Counted from the stretch's first letter, positions 52,601 through 62,182 are shown. The stretch is DNA of 64,000 nt from Antedon mediterranea (GCF_964355755.1 NC_092675.1:7621812-7685811); one strand, 5' to 3'. Made by a program: numbers and translations. The notes: generated from the sequence alone by a model not told the origin.

Positions 52601-54862
52601 GACATCTTCCTAATTGCAATCCAATTAGGCCATGGAAAATAGGTCTGTACACCAGAATTGTTGGACAGAAAGTTGAAATATTTTTATCAATGTAGCACCC
52701 AGATTTTTTAATTTCTTAATTTTGATGACCATACCATACATCATGATCAAGTACCCTTTTACACCATGTTTAATGGCGGGAAATTTAATTTTTTTATGTT
52801 TGAAGACAATGTCTTTTTTTAATCCTTGTAAAAGTCATCTTTTTGATAAATAACTGAGAAAAATTTCTATAAAAAAATATTGTCCCAATATCAATCCCAC
52901 CCTAACCCTCATATTCCCATCTTATACATTCATTTTTTTGTTGCTTAATATTTATTTTAAAAGGTTATTGACATGTTAAATGTAACTGTTTAATAATTAT
53001 TATAATACTTATCTTTTGTATGTTAATTCAAATTGTGATAAGCTATGATTAGCTATATAAATAGCTACAGTATGCGCCTTATTACCATTTTGCCAATTAT
53101 TTTGTTATCGTTGACAATAGAGAGATTAATATTTATAAATTCTGAACATGGTTTTTAACAAATATTTTTTGAAAGCCAATTAGTGTGATTTTAAATTTAC
53201 TTATTTTAATTTCATCTATTTGTTCCACAGTGAAGCTCTTTTGCTCGAAAGCCAGAAGTACCAGAGATTCATTACAATCTCACTCTTAGTAAATCCTTGA
53301 GTCATGAATACTCAATTCATTCAATCTATGTGATAATTTTTAATGACAGTTGCTACTGTATCATGGACCTACAGTACCTTGTTATTAACTCATGCTAATT
53401 TAACTGCGACAACAGTTCAAGGTAAAGATGCGATAATAACCTATGTGATACTTTCTTTAACACATTTTCTTAATATGTTGATCACCTTATTATAGGATAA
53501 AATAAATATTAATTATAAGCACATGCATCGAAGACAGTTGCAAGCTCATGGTTATATCAGAGCAAGATAAAGTTTTAATTCATTTAATTATCAATTTTAA
53601 TTTGAAAATTACAGTACCTTATTAGGAACTTGCTATTTAAATTTAACCTTTAAATAATATTAAAAGAGATTTAAATGGTCTGCAATATTCCAATTTCATT
53701 TAGAAATTGTATTGACTCACTGTAGGTTGAACTAGCGATAATAATATTCAGTTTATATGGAAGTATGTGTATTGCATTGTGAGAGGTTCTCTGGGCTGTC
53801 CACATACGATAGACGATTTCAACATAGTCAACCATGTATCATAATTTACAATTTACCATGGAGGATAGACAATATTAGACTGTGCGTCAAATTCATTGTT
53901 TCTTATTAATAATGCCTGTTTTCTATCACCATGGTTGACTGATATGTGTCTAATTAATTCTGTTTTTATATCAATACAAACCTGCCAATAAAAAAGACAC
54001 AACTTCAACTGCGCAGCAGAAACGTGAACAATTTAGAATTAACAAGTTTGGTGTTTTAAACAGGCCCAAGATCAAACAGTAAACTTCAGTATCTAATTCA
54101 ATTAAAATTACCATTAGCAAACATGACTTAAATACAGCCCAAAAGCAATATTTATTAGGAAAAGAACAAAAAAAAATAATTTCAAGAACCCCAAGGTTTT
54201 ATTTTACATTTGAGTAACAATTTGTGTTTAGCTCAATTAAAATGTAACCTTCAACAAGAAGTCCGCTCGTCATGTCAACAAACATGCATTTTAGAAATTT
54301 AAAATGAAAAATTAATGTTTATATCTTACAATCATCTCATTTCAATCATCTCATTATCATCAATTTTATTTATTTAAATACACTATCAAAGATATTCGCC
54401 CCAAAGTGGGTACATCTCCCCCAACTACTCAACCTCCTGATCTAAACCCACTTCAGGCTAGTTTTTAAATGCTGTAAAAATGTCAGTGCAATTATGGTCA
54501 CTTTAAAACCTTATTACCTTCTGCCAACTGAATTTTTGTACTCTGTATTCTTTTTTCCGAAAATAAAAGATGAAATGAAATGAATAAAATTATTATTACA
54601 TTCAGTTGATTTGTACCTGTAACCTTTCACGAATATGATAGGGTTTTAACCATTAGACCACAGAAGATAAAAGAAGACAAATATCATACTGTACCTGTTC
54701 ATCAGTCTCATCGAATGCCTCTGGTTTATCGATGCCGCCAAGTTTGTTGATGACCTCCGCCACACCGATGACCTCTCCGCTAGGATCTTTGATCGGCATG
54801 GATAGCATACTACGCGTTTTATACCCTGTGCAAAGGTCGACTTCACAATTGAATCTAGAATC
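7129..54862 (-). CDS. PDE5/PDE11: Multi-exon GAF-domain cyclic nucleotide phosphodiesterase (PDE5/PDE6/PDE11 clade; cGMP-specific or dual cAMP/cGMP PDE11-like), 5'-incomplete; 18 coding exons, 632 aa in window
   Basis: Hand-spliced exons, all GT-AG and phase-compatible: 54695-54862, 45914-46003, 44989-45126, 28697-28776, 27351-27411, 20374-20421, 18345-18488, 17363-17455, 15754-15804, 14839-14985, 13009-13116, 12036-12145, 10382-10469, 9911-10011, 9259-9400, 8456-8527, 7655-7738, 7129-7302. Two GAF NKx(n)Fx3DE motifs; catalytic motifs [44 protein letters not shown]. Exact orthology needs a phylogeny. Confidence 0.96.
7655..7738 (-). CDS. PDE exon ([28 protein letters not shown])
   Basis: taaag acceptor, gtatga donor, 84 nt; invariant Gln and clamp Phe (QVxF). 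Confidence 0.95.
7828..7971. mobile_element. MITE family B copy
   Basis: AGCTTGGTTCTAACTAGGACG...CGTCCTAGTAGGAACCAAGCC, flanked by TTA/TAA. Confidence 0.82.
8168..8352 (+). mobile_element. Degenerate copy of the Deu/Nin-type SINE
   Basis: gtcgagcggttaag, ggttcaaggc, cggttaaggactctaaaccgta, gagtagggggttatcccgg. Confidence 0.6.
8456..8527 (-). CDS. PDE exon ([24 protein letters not shown])
   Basis: ttttag acceptor, gtatgt donor, 72 nt; EFFxQGD. Confidence 0.96.
9022..9183. mobile_element. MITE family A (PIF/Harbinger-like, about 140-160 bp)
   Basis: TIR AGCTCTGTCTACACTATCAAACT / AGTTTGATAGTGTAGACAGATCT; TAA on both sides. Confidence 0.88.
9259..9400 (-). CDS. PDE exon ([48 protein letters not shown])
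   Basis: ttccag acceptor, gtttgt donor, 142 nt; MTACD metal-binding Asp and KPW. Confidence 0.96.
9911..10011 (-). CDS. PDE exon ([34 protein letters not shown])
   Basis: ttttag acceptor, gtaaga donor, 101 nt; AILxTDLA. Confidence 0.96.
10150..10222. mobile_element. MITE family B half copy
   Basis: AGCTTGGTTGCCACTAG...cgcaacgcaa...ttgaccaatc matches the family left arm. Confidence 0.7.
10382..10469 (-). CDS. PDE exon ([30 protein letters not shown])
   Basis: tttcag acceptor, gtaaag donor, 88 nt; LAxLY...MEHHHF. Confidence 0.96.
12036..12145 (-). CDS. PDE exon ([37 protein letters not shown])
   Basis: ttttag acceptor, gtaagt donor, 110 nt; class I PDE signature [10 protein letters not shown]. 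Confidence 0.97.
12290..12503 (-). mobile_element. Second copy of the Deu/Nin-type tRNA SINE (3'-truncated)
   Basis: Reverse complement aligns by eye to about 43620-43830 (head and core). Confidence 0.82.
12803..12842 (-). ncRNA. Minimal type I hammerhead ribozyme motif (Penelope-like element type)
   Basis: Minus strand CTC-CTGAGGA-C-GATCAAT-GCAT-ATTGATC-GAAAC-GTC-GAG: both core boxes, 7-bp stem II, stem I CUC/GAG, GUC cleavage triplet, palindromic loopless stem III. Confidence 0.72.
13009..13116 (-). CDS. PDE exon ([36 protein letters not shown])
   Basis: tttcag acceptor, gtaagt donor, 108 nt; YHNWxH metal/catalytic motif. Confidence 0.97.
14581..14720. mobile_element. MITE family A copy (opposite orientation to 9022)
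   Basis: Same TIRs and tgtgatgtgcccaaatatggtagt core. Confidence 0.85.
14839..14985 (-). CDS. PDE exon, catalytic domain start ([49 protein letters not shown])
   Basis: ttacag acceptor, gtaggt donor, 147 nt. Confidence 0.93.
15340..15535 (-). mobile_element. Degenerate SINE of a second Deu-domain family
   Basis: cctactcttttcaaatagtg...acacgggaccaac...cccatccaaaggatgaggcaat...ctcgaaccc (reverse B box). Confidence 0.55.
15572..15670 (-). pseudogene. 5S rRNA pseudogene or 5S-derived SINE head (5'-truncated, diverged)
   Basis: Reverse complement GTTGAAACACCGGTTCTTGTCAGATCACCGAAGTTAAGCAATGTTGGGCCCGGTT...TGGATGGGAGACC...CGGGTGCTGTA follows the metazoan 5S sequence, with mismatches. Confidence 0.8.
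15754..15804 (-). CDS. PDE exon ([17 protein letters not shown])
   Basis: ttacag acceptor, gtaaat donor, 51 nt; LSYHA linker motif. Confidence 0.93.
16073..16410. mobile_element. MITE family C (338 bp, about 53-bp TIR, TAA target duplication; PIF/Harbinger-like)
   Basis: TGCACTTGTCAATTGCATGACCCACTATACGACCCCCGGGAGAGGTGCGTCAT has a near-perfect inverted copy at the right end; TAA on both sides; about 10 TGACGCA motifs. Confidence 0.9.
16645..16784. mobile_element. MITE family A copy
   Basis: Same TIRs and core. Confidence 0.85.
17363..17455 (-). CDS. PDE exon ([31 protein letters not shown])
   Basis: ttgcag acceptor, gttagt donor, 93 nt. Confidence 0.95.
18198..18315. mobile_element. MITE family A copy (internally deleted)
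   Basis: Same TIRs, diverged; about 30 bp from the exon donor at 18344. Confidence 0.8.
18345..18488 (-). CDS. PDE exon, GAF-B ([48 protein letters not shown])
   Basis: ccacag acceptor, gtaatg donor, 144 nt; second NK..F...DE motif. Confidence 0.95.
19921..20317. mobile_element. MITE family A copy interrupted by a LINE 3' end
   Basis: Left TIR 19921-19946, remainder 20182-20317; AACTAGT duplicated around the insert. Confidence 0.85.
19947..20181 (+). mobile_element. 5'-truncated L2/CR1/Rex-type LINE 3' end
   Basis: AATAAA followed by a (TTGAAC)n tail; 7-bp target duplication AACTAGT; begins with QFKR*LETF, resembling the FKxxLKT end of ORF2. Confidence 0.72.
20374..20421 (-). CDS. PDE exon, GAF-B ([16 protein letters not shown])
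   Basis: ttacag acceptor, gtaagg donor, 48 nt; LNI.DAY...F GAF motif. Confidence 0.92.
20761..21640. repeat. Tandem repeat, about 208-bp unit, about 4.2 copies, with degenerate flanks (about 20490-21850)
   Basis: gggtaatagt recurs at 20761, 20968, 21176, 21383 and 21592. Confidence 0.95.
23496..25407. repeat. 99-bp satellite, about 19 copies, MITE-derived
   Basis: Unit tacagtacaacctctattaaggggacactttggcatccaacaaaggatctcttaataaaatgtcccctaaatagggattaaatgtagcattaaaacata. Confidence 0.97.
26035..26900 (-). mobile_element. Decayed Merlin / IS1595 (ISXO2-like DDE) transposase relic
   Basis: [12 protein letters not shown], then AAY after restoring one base (about 26546-26590): the IxTDGWxAY second-Asp motif; stops and frameshifts around it; boundaries uncertain. 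Confidence 0.5.
27351..27411 (-). CDS. PDE exon, GAF-B ([21 protein letters not shown])
   Basis: ttcacag acceptor, gtaaga donor, 61 nt; RFP..GITG.VATTG GAF motif. Confidence 0.93.
28697..28776 (-). CDS. PDE exon, GAF-B ([27 protein letters not shown])
   Basis: ttacag acceptor, gtatgt donor, 80 nt, ends in phase 2 matching the next exon. Confidence 0.88.
30604..30744. mobile_element. MITE family A copy
   Basis: Same TIRs; TTA on both sides. Confidence 0.88.
35757..35882. repeat. 42-bp tandem repeat, 3 copies
   Basis: atccctccctcctcagaagatgatcacaacatctttgttgca x3. Confidence 0.92.
40105..40635. repeat. About 67-bp tandem repeat, 8 copies
   Basis: gagacagc at 40141, 40207, 40273, 40341, 40406, 40473, 40540 and 40608. 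Confidence 0.95.
43367..43403 (+). ncRNA. Degenerate minimal hammerhead motif within a Penelope-like remnant (about 43140-43520)
   Basis: GCA-CTGATGA-AG-GGCTAGTGTTGGCC-GTAA-GCTC-TGC; GAAA box reads GTAA; upstream EQRI..GLYPEG-like codons resemble a GIY-YIG C-terminus. Confidence 0.55.
43620..43932 (+). mobile_element. tRNA-derived SINE with Deu/Nin-type central domain, near full length
   Basis: A box TGGCCGAGCGG, B box GGTTCGAGGC, core cggataaggactataaaccgtaggtcc...cactttaaagaacc...gagtagggggttacccggg, A-rich tail. Confidence 0.85.
44989..45126 (-). CDS. PDE exon, GAF-B start ([46 protein letters not shown])
   Basis: tttag acceptor, gtaagt donor, 138 nt; VLLDLA..IFEEQ is conserved in PDE5/PDE11-type enzymes. 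Confidence 0.95.
45157..45285. mobile_element. MITE family A copy
   Basis: Same TIRs and core; about 30 bp from the exon acceptor at 45127. Confidence 0.82.
45613..45848. repeat. 17-bp minisatellite (cacccatattgaggtaa), about 14 copies
   Basis: Direct inspection; sits within a pogo-type MITE remnant about 45584-45895. Confidence 0.95.
45914..46003 (-). CDS. PDE exon, GAF-A end and linker helix ([30 protein letters not shown])
   Basis: ttacag acceptor, gtactg donor, 90 nt. Confidence 0.95.
46535..46613 (+). mobile_element. L2-clade LINE/SINE 3' tail
   Basis: tgcgccttgagcactcttgagtggaatgtgcgctataaaaat followed by (ATT)n; similar tail at about 8046-8115. Confidence 0.65.
46670..46938 (+). mobile_element. 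CR1/L2-like LINE 3' end remnant
   Basis: WDQLP-like codons (LWNxLP ORF2 end motif), T-rich UTR, AATAAA and (AAATG)n tail; similar tail at about 54550-54590. Confidence 0.45.
48784..48896 (+). pseudogene. Highly diverged 5S rRNA-derived sequence
   Basis: tacagccttaccac...taagcattgtttggccatggtta...cttggatgggtgaccatgtgggaatatcaggtgct matches the 5S 5' end, C box and 3' end. Confidence 0.68.
49214..49381. repeat. About 64-bp tandem repeat, about 2.6 copies
   Basis: atttactgtaatatcaatttaacaccaaaacaaagtaata recurs three times. Confidence 0.85.
54695..54862 (-). CDS. PDE exon, GAF-A C-terminal part ([56 protein letters not shown])
   Basis: ttacag acceptor, gtacag donor, 168 nt, phase 0-0; NK...F...DE GAF motif. 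Confidence 0.95.
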
Positions 54863-56371
54863 CTGTAAGAAATAAATAAACAATTAATTAGTACTGTACT
54901 CTTATCTTTATATTACATTGACGGTATTAAATTAAATAATTAAATAAGACTGAATAATAATGATAAACATAAATAATAATTGAAAACGGATTAATACATT
55001 GATGAAACAAAATTATGTTACCATAAAATAAATATTAAATTAATAACTTTCTTAAGTTAAGAATTTAATAAAAACGTTAATAATAAAAAAAGACTCTTTA
55101 TCATTCGAAAATAATTGTCATTGCTTAAATAAATAAAAAACAATTATGTAGGCGTATATAATACTTGAATAATAATTTTTAATGATACATATTTATAAAT
55201 TAAATTTATTCAATTTCTGAATTTAAATAACATCATTGCAGTCAAATTAAAAAAAAATTGTTGATTAAATACATATTGATAAAATCATTTATTGAAAAAT
55301 GATGTAAATATTATGTATTTTAAGTCAACTACAGCACCTGCATAAATATATAATTATAATAATAATATGGACTAAGATTTAACTTTCATATTTCAAAATA
55401 ACATGATTGAATAAATTAGATGTTGATTTTGAACAAAAAACAGCAATAGTAATTACATTTAAACTACCTGTATAATAACAACATTATAGGAAGAATAACT
55501 TATTATAATTTGCATTATTGATGACAAAATGGCAAATATAATCACCCATGCATTTCTATACCTTCACAAGAGGTATTTTTACAGTCTCTAATAGTGTAGC
55601 AATGACTTACTGTATATAATAATATCAAGGTTGAAGTTGAAAGTATACATAGACTACTGTAGCTTCTATTAGCATTACATTGTAAGAAAACATATATTAT
55701 GGGTATACACAGGATAATGTACTCATGATACTAGATAAAAATAAACATTATTTTACTACAGTAAAATGCTCATGGTATAATGATGTGTATGAATATAGTT
55801 TTATCAAAACTATAAATATCATGTTTAAACTATTTATAATATATTGATTATTATTATATGCAAGTTCCACAAACATTTATTAAACAAGGAGATGTACTGT
55901 ATTGGGAAGATAATGGACCTAACTTTGAGATATATTTTTGAGGTTAAAACCTGGTTTTTACTGGGAGGAAGGCACATTATTTATCATTCAAATTTTGTTT
56001 TAATCGAAAAATGTTTATATTATAGTTTCTATTTCTATATATAAATACTATTATTTATTAGTTTATAATATTTAAATCGTCTATTGTTCTGAAGGCCTCG
56101 GTTAATGATCAGCTTTTGCCACCCTCGTAAAATATAACTTAAAAAAAACCCCAGCATTTTCTTGTCAACAAAAACAGGATAATGTGAAATAATGTGTAAT
56201 ATTCCCAACATGCAACACAGGTGCAGTGGTGCATGACTGAGCAGTGGGCACGACCTCAAACTAGCGTACTGTCTGATTGGCCGATTAGATGGTCGTTCTC
56301 AACTTGCTTTTTGAGCTGTGAATGTGTTGATTATCTAGTTTTATCTATGGCATGATCAGATCAACATTAAA

Positions 56372-58381
56372 GGTTGGTAAGATCCATCACCGGTCGGTAA
56401 GAGCCATCACCGGTCGGTAAGAGCCATCACCCGGTCGATAAGAGCTATCACCCGGTCGATAAGAGCTATCACCCGGTCGGCAAGAGCCATTACCCGGTCG
56501 GTAACAGCTATCACTCAGTCGGTAAGAGCTATCACCCTGTCGGTAAGAGCTATCACCCTGTCGGTAAGACTTACTACCAGGTCGGTAAGAGTCATCACCC
56601 AGTCCGTAAAGAGCTATCACCCTGTCAGTAAGAGCTATCACCAGGTCGGTAAGAGCTATCACCAGGTCGGTAAGAGCCATCACCCGGTCGGTAAGAGCCA
56701 TCACCCGGTCGGTAAGAGCTATCCACCCAGTCGGTAAGAGCTATCACCCAGTCGGTAAGAGCTATCACCCAGTCGGTAAGAGCTATCACCCAGTCGGTAA
56801 GAGCTATCACCCTGTCGGTAAGAGCTATCACCCTGTCGGTAAGAGCTTTCACCCAGTCGGTAAGAGCTATCACCCAGTCGGTAAGAGCTATCACCCAGTT
56901 GGTAACAGCTATCAACCAGTTGGTATGAGCTATCAACCAGTTGGTAGGAGCTATCAACCAGTTGGTAAGTGCCATCACCCGTTCGGTAAGAGCCATCACC
57001 CGGTCGGTAACAGCCATCACCCGGTCGGTAACAGCCATCACCCGGTCGGTAAGAGCCATCACCCGGTCGGTAAGAGCCATCACCCGGTCGGTAAGAGCCA
57101 TCACCCGGTTGGTAAGAGCCATCATCCAGGTCGGTAAGAGCTATCACCCAGTCGGCAGTCGGTAAGAGCTATCACCCGGTCGTTAGAGCCATCACCCGGT
57201 CGGTAAGAGCCATCGCCCGGTCGTTAAGAGCCATCAGCCGGTCGGTAAGAGCCATCGCCCGGTCGTTAAGAGCTATCAGCCGGTCAGTAAGAGCTATCAG
57301 CCGGTCGGTAAGAGCTATCACCCGGTCGGTAAGAGCTATCACCTGGTTGGTAAGAGCTATCACCTGGTCGGTAAGAGTCATCACCCGGTCAGTAAGAGGT
57401 ATCACCCAGTTGGTAAGAGCTATCACCCGGTCTGTAAGAGGTATCACCCAGTTGGTAAGAGCTATCACCCGGTCTGTAAGAGCTATCAGCCGGTCGGTAA
57501 GAGCTAACACCCAGTTGGTAAGACTTACTACCAGGTCGGTAAGAGCCATCACCCAGTCGGTAAGAGCCATCACCCGGTCGGTAAGAGCCATCACCCGGTC
57601 GGTAAGAGCCATCACCCGGTCGGTAAGAGCCATCACCCGGTCGGTAAGAGCCATCACCCGGTCGGTAAGAGCCATCACCCGGTCGGTAAGAGCCATCACC
57701 CGGTCGGTAAGAGCCATCACCCGGTCGGTAAGAGCCATCACCCGGTCGGTAAGAGCCATCACCCGGTCGGTAAGAGCCATCACCCGGTCGGTAAGAGCCA
57801 TCACCCGGTCGGTAAGAGCCATCACCCGGTCGGTAAGAGCCATCACCCGGTCGGTAAGAGCCATCACCCGGTCGGTAAGAGCCATCACCCGGTCGGTAAG
57901 AGCCATCACCCGGTCGGTAAGAGCCATCACCCGGTCGGTAAGAGCCATCACCCGGTCGGTAAGAGCCATCACCCGGTCGGTAAGAGCCATCACCCGGTCG
58001 GTAAGAGCCATCACCCGGTCGGTAAGAGTCATCACCCGGTCGGTAAGAGTCATCACCCGGTCGGTAAGAGTCATCACCCGGTCGGTAAGAGTCATCACCC
58101 GGTCGGTAAGAGCCATCACCCGGTCGGTAAGAGCCATCACCCGGTCGGTAAGAGCCATCACCCGGTCAGTAAGAGCCACCATCCAGTCGGTAAGAGCTAT
58201 CACCCAGTTGGTAAGAATTACTACCAGGTCGGTAAGAGCCATCACCCGGTCTGTAAGAGCTATCACCCGGTCATAAGAGCCATCACCCAGTCGGTAAGAG
58301 CTATCAGCCGGTCGGTAAGAGCTATCAGCCGGTCGGTAAGAGCTAACACCCAGTTGGTAAGAATTACTACCAGGTCTGTAA
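56372..58381. repeat. GC-rich 21-bp minisatellite (ggtaagagccatcacccggtc), about 95 copies
   Basis: Homogeneous core about 57560-58020 with diverged flanks; explains the (MALTDRV)n, (SVRAITR)n and (PGDGSYR)n ORFs. Confidence 0.98.
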
Positions 58382-60784
58382 CATTAGCAATTATCATCTT
58401 GTCAGTAAGACTGTTTTTAAATAGACCAAATTCCAATAGTTCCTAGTTTATTGTTTTATTAACACAATTAGTATAAACTAGATTTAAACTTGCTAACTTG
58501 ACAACATGGAATTTAGTTTTTTTAATAGAACAAAGTCTTTAATGATTCCAATTGTTATTAAACACAATGATAAATTACCTGACACTGTTTATTTTTAGCA
58601 GTATTAAGATACTTGATACTAAATATTACCTTGATTTATCATCAAGACTAACCCTCTTTAAAAGAAAAATTAAGATTAAGCTATATCCTAAAAATGAGTG
58701 TTGTACGCCTAGCAAACAAACTACTTAAATACCTTAGAATAATCCATACAATTTAACCGTTACTTTATATCTATAAAAAAAATCCTTCATCTGACACTTA
58801 TGCCAAATGATAGGATTAGGTTTTTGATTATAGGAGTTATTCTACCTTGTGTGAGAGTAGGTGAAATAGCAGTATAAAACCTATAACTGTTGATAGAATC
58901 TTTCTCAACAATCTATCAATCTTCAACTTAAAGCTATGCATAATATACTTAAGAACGCCACTCATTTCCTTTTTTACATACTTATCGTGATAAAAATCAA
59001 AATGTTAATTATAATTTATAGGTATTTAGTATTTGCTGGTTTATGGTTGGCTATAAAACGTCACATTTAAGAATATATATGCAATAAAAAATATTCTTTT
59101 TTTAAGGGTATACGTAATTATGAAAAATGCTTGTACAGTTTAAAAAAACCACCTACTGTACAGTTGTATAGAGAATTAAACAGAAGTGTGGCACTTTTAG
59201 TTGGGCTTGAGCCTAGTACCAAAAATCTATAGCTTGTGAACATTGAAAGTTTCATATTTCCAGCAATCATGTTATTGAAGTATTAAATAAATTAATAATT
59301 TGGTTCCAAAATAATTTTTTTCATATAATTTTCAATTTATGTTGGAATCAATGTAAATAGTAATTAGTAAATCAATTGTGTTGCATAGCCCTGTGTAAAT
59401 TATATAAATCATACTGTAACATATAGAAACAGTGGTCATATTTGGAAAATCATCTTATAATCACGTTGAGCATAGTTCATCGGCGAAAGTTCCGTATTTT
59501 TAGTATCTGCGACCTCTCGCTTACAGGGCAAGTTTTATACCACCAGACCACAGAGCCATATATGGTAGTATATTATTATCCTTTATAGATTTCATTAATA
59601 ACAATTACTGTAGACAAGTTAAGTAAAATTACATGAAAAATATGATTTTGTAGGTAAATACTAGGATAGTGTATAAAAGACTAAATCAAACATCTGCTCA
59701 CTACTGGATACAAATTTGAATTTGCACAGAATTCTTATAAAATCCTGTCTTTATATTTAAAAGCCGCAACGACCGATACCTACCATGAACATTTTCTTAG
59801 ACAACTCCGACCTCCGAAGTCCAATTATATCGATCAATTAAAAAAATTATCTGGAGAGATCACAATAACTTTGTTTTGTTTGTAAACCTACCCTAACCCG
59901 GCCATAATTTTTGATATTTTTTTTTATTCATTTATTCAATTTTCAGCCACAAACAACATAAAATACATGACAAACGGTGCAGCACCCTGGAGATTGCCAT
60001 GAGTGCTAAACACTATCGAATTGGCTCTTCATACTGGACTTCAAACATAAAATAAACATACTGTATGAACCATTCCATGTATGAACAGATAACAATACGC
60101 CGGGTCAACTCCGGCCTTCAAAGACCAACTACTGTACAAACGGACAATTATTAAAAAACCAGTACGGAATGATGACGTAGTTATTCAGAGAATTTTGTAA
60201 ACACATTGTAAAACCACACTAGTTATCGATTACAAACACATAAATTATACGAAGAAAAAACTATTGCTGTTAATTTATTCATCAGTTACAGTAATATTAT
60301 AAACAGGTGATTAATTACTGACAGCATTACGAATAAATTAGCGACAATTGTCAAAACTGTACTGATTGACAGATAAAAAACATGTCAGTCAATAATCAAT
60401 TTATTTATTTTAGAGCTCTTTTGAGACAAGATTTTAACAGTAAAGAAAAATACACATGTTGTTAATCAATCACCAGCACAGCAGAAAAATGCAACTGACA
60501 CTGACTATAGCCTATCTTGAATACATAATGTTGGGCTTTACTTAAAGATTTAAATATCATTTAAAAAAATTAACTAAAAACCAATGAGCCATATTCACCA
60601 ATCACACTTAAGTTATACATTTTCATTAATATATAAACTTCCTAAACACTAAAAATCCATATAATTATATTAGATGGGCAGGGCCATGTTTGGGAAAAAT
60701 CGTCTGTTTGACACGAAGGTGGAAAAAATCCTTTAATAGAGGTCGTACCATCACTTACTATCTTTAGCTACAACTCTTAAATAT

Positions 60785-62182
60785 TACTGCCACAGGGACA
60801 TCTTTGTGGATGACAGGGAATAATTTCGCCAGTGTAGCATAGCAAAAAGCTATACAAATCAACCTTTTTGCTACATTTTTCTAAAATTGTGTAGCAAAAA
60901 ATACAATACAAAACTATGTTTCTCGACTCAAAAATCAGTTTGATTAGCAATATTGCTAAACAAAATTTATAAATGAAATTTTCCCCTGGATGATACATAC
61001 TGCCACAGGGACATCTTTGTGGATGCTACATACTGCCACAGGGACATCTTTGTGGATGATACATACTGCCACAGGGACATCTTTGTGGATGCTACATACT
61101 GCCACAGGGACATCTTTGTGGATGCTACATACTGCCATAGGTACATCTTTGTGGATGCTACATACAGTACTGCCACAGAGACATCTTTGTGGATGCTACA
61201 TACTGCCACAGGGATATCATTGTGGATGCTACATACTGCCACAGGTACATCTTTGTGGATGCTACATACTGCCACAGGGACATCATTGTGGATGCTACAT
61301 ACTGCCACAGGTACATATTTGTGGATGCTACATACTGCCACAGGTACATCTTTGTGGATGCTACATACAGTACTGCCACAGGGACATAATTATGGATGCT
61401 ACATAATGCCACAGGTACACATTTGTGGGTGCTACATACTGCCACAGGTACATCTTTGTGGATGCTACATACTGCCACAGGGACATCTTTGTGGATGCTA
61501 CATACTGCCACAGAGACATCTTTGTGGATGCTACATACTGCCACAGGGACATCTTTGTGGATGCTACATACTGCCATAGGTACATCTTTGTGGATGCTAC
61601 ATACAGTACTGCCACAGAGACATCTTTGTGGATGCTACATACTGCCACAGGGATATCATTGTGGATGCTACATACTGCCACAGGGATATCATTGTGGATG
61701 CTACATACTGCCAAATGTACATCTTTGTGGATGCTACATACTGCCACAGGTACATCTTTGTGGATGCTACATACTGCCACAGGGACATCTTTGTGGATGC
61801 TACATACAGTACTGCCACAGGGACATAATTGTGGATGCTACATACTGCCACAGGTACACATTTGTGGGTGCTACATACTGCCACAGGTACATCTTTTTGG
61901 ATGCTACATACTGCCACAGGTACATATTTGTGGGAGCTACATACTGCCACAGAGACATCTTTGTGGATGCTACATACTGCCACAGGGACATCTTTGTGGA
62001 TGCTACATACTGCCACAGGGACATCTTTGTGGATGCTACATACTGCCACAGGGACATCTTTGTGGATGCTACATACTGCGACAAGTACATCTTTGTGGAT
62101 GCTACATACTGCCACAGGTACATCTTTGTGGATGCTACATACTGCCACAGGGACATCTTTGTGGATGCTACATACTGCCACA
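60785..62182. repeat. 33-bp minisatellite (catactgccacagggacatctttgtggatgcta), about 36 copies, with 439-bp higher-order duplication
   Basis: Direct inspection; 5-bp insertion variants at 61161, 61364, 61600 and 61803. Confidence 0.97.
60814..60988. mobile_element. 175-bp non-autonomous DNA transposon with CAGGG termini and 5-bp target duplication (hAT5-like)
   Basis: CAGGGAATAATTTC...GAAATTTTCCCCTG flanked by GATGA (60809-60813, 60989-60993); removing it restores an intact 33-bp repeat unit. Confidence 0.8.

Noticed and set aside
52330-52700. GC-richer patch, possibly a LINE or exon remnant
   Set aside because: No recognisable motif or consistent open frame
57172-58276. 364-aa and 309-aa ORFs as real proteins
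   Set aside because: Entirely due to a 21-bp unit lacking stops in those frames; no unique coding flank or convincing splice sites
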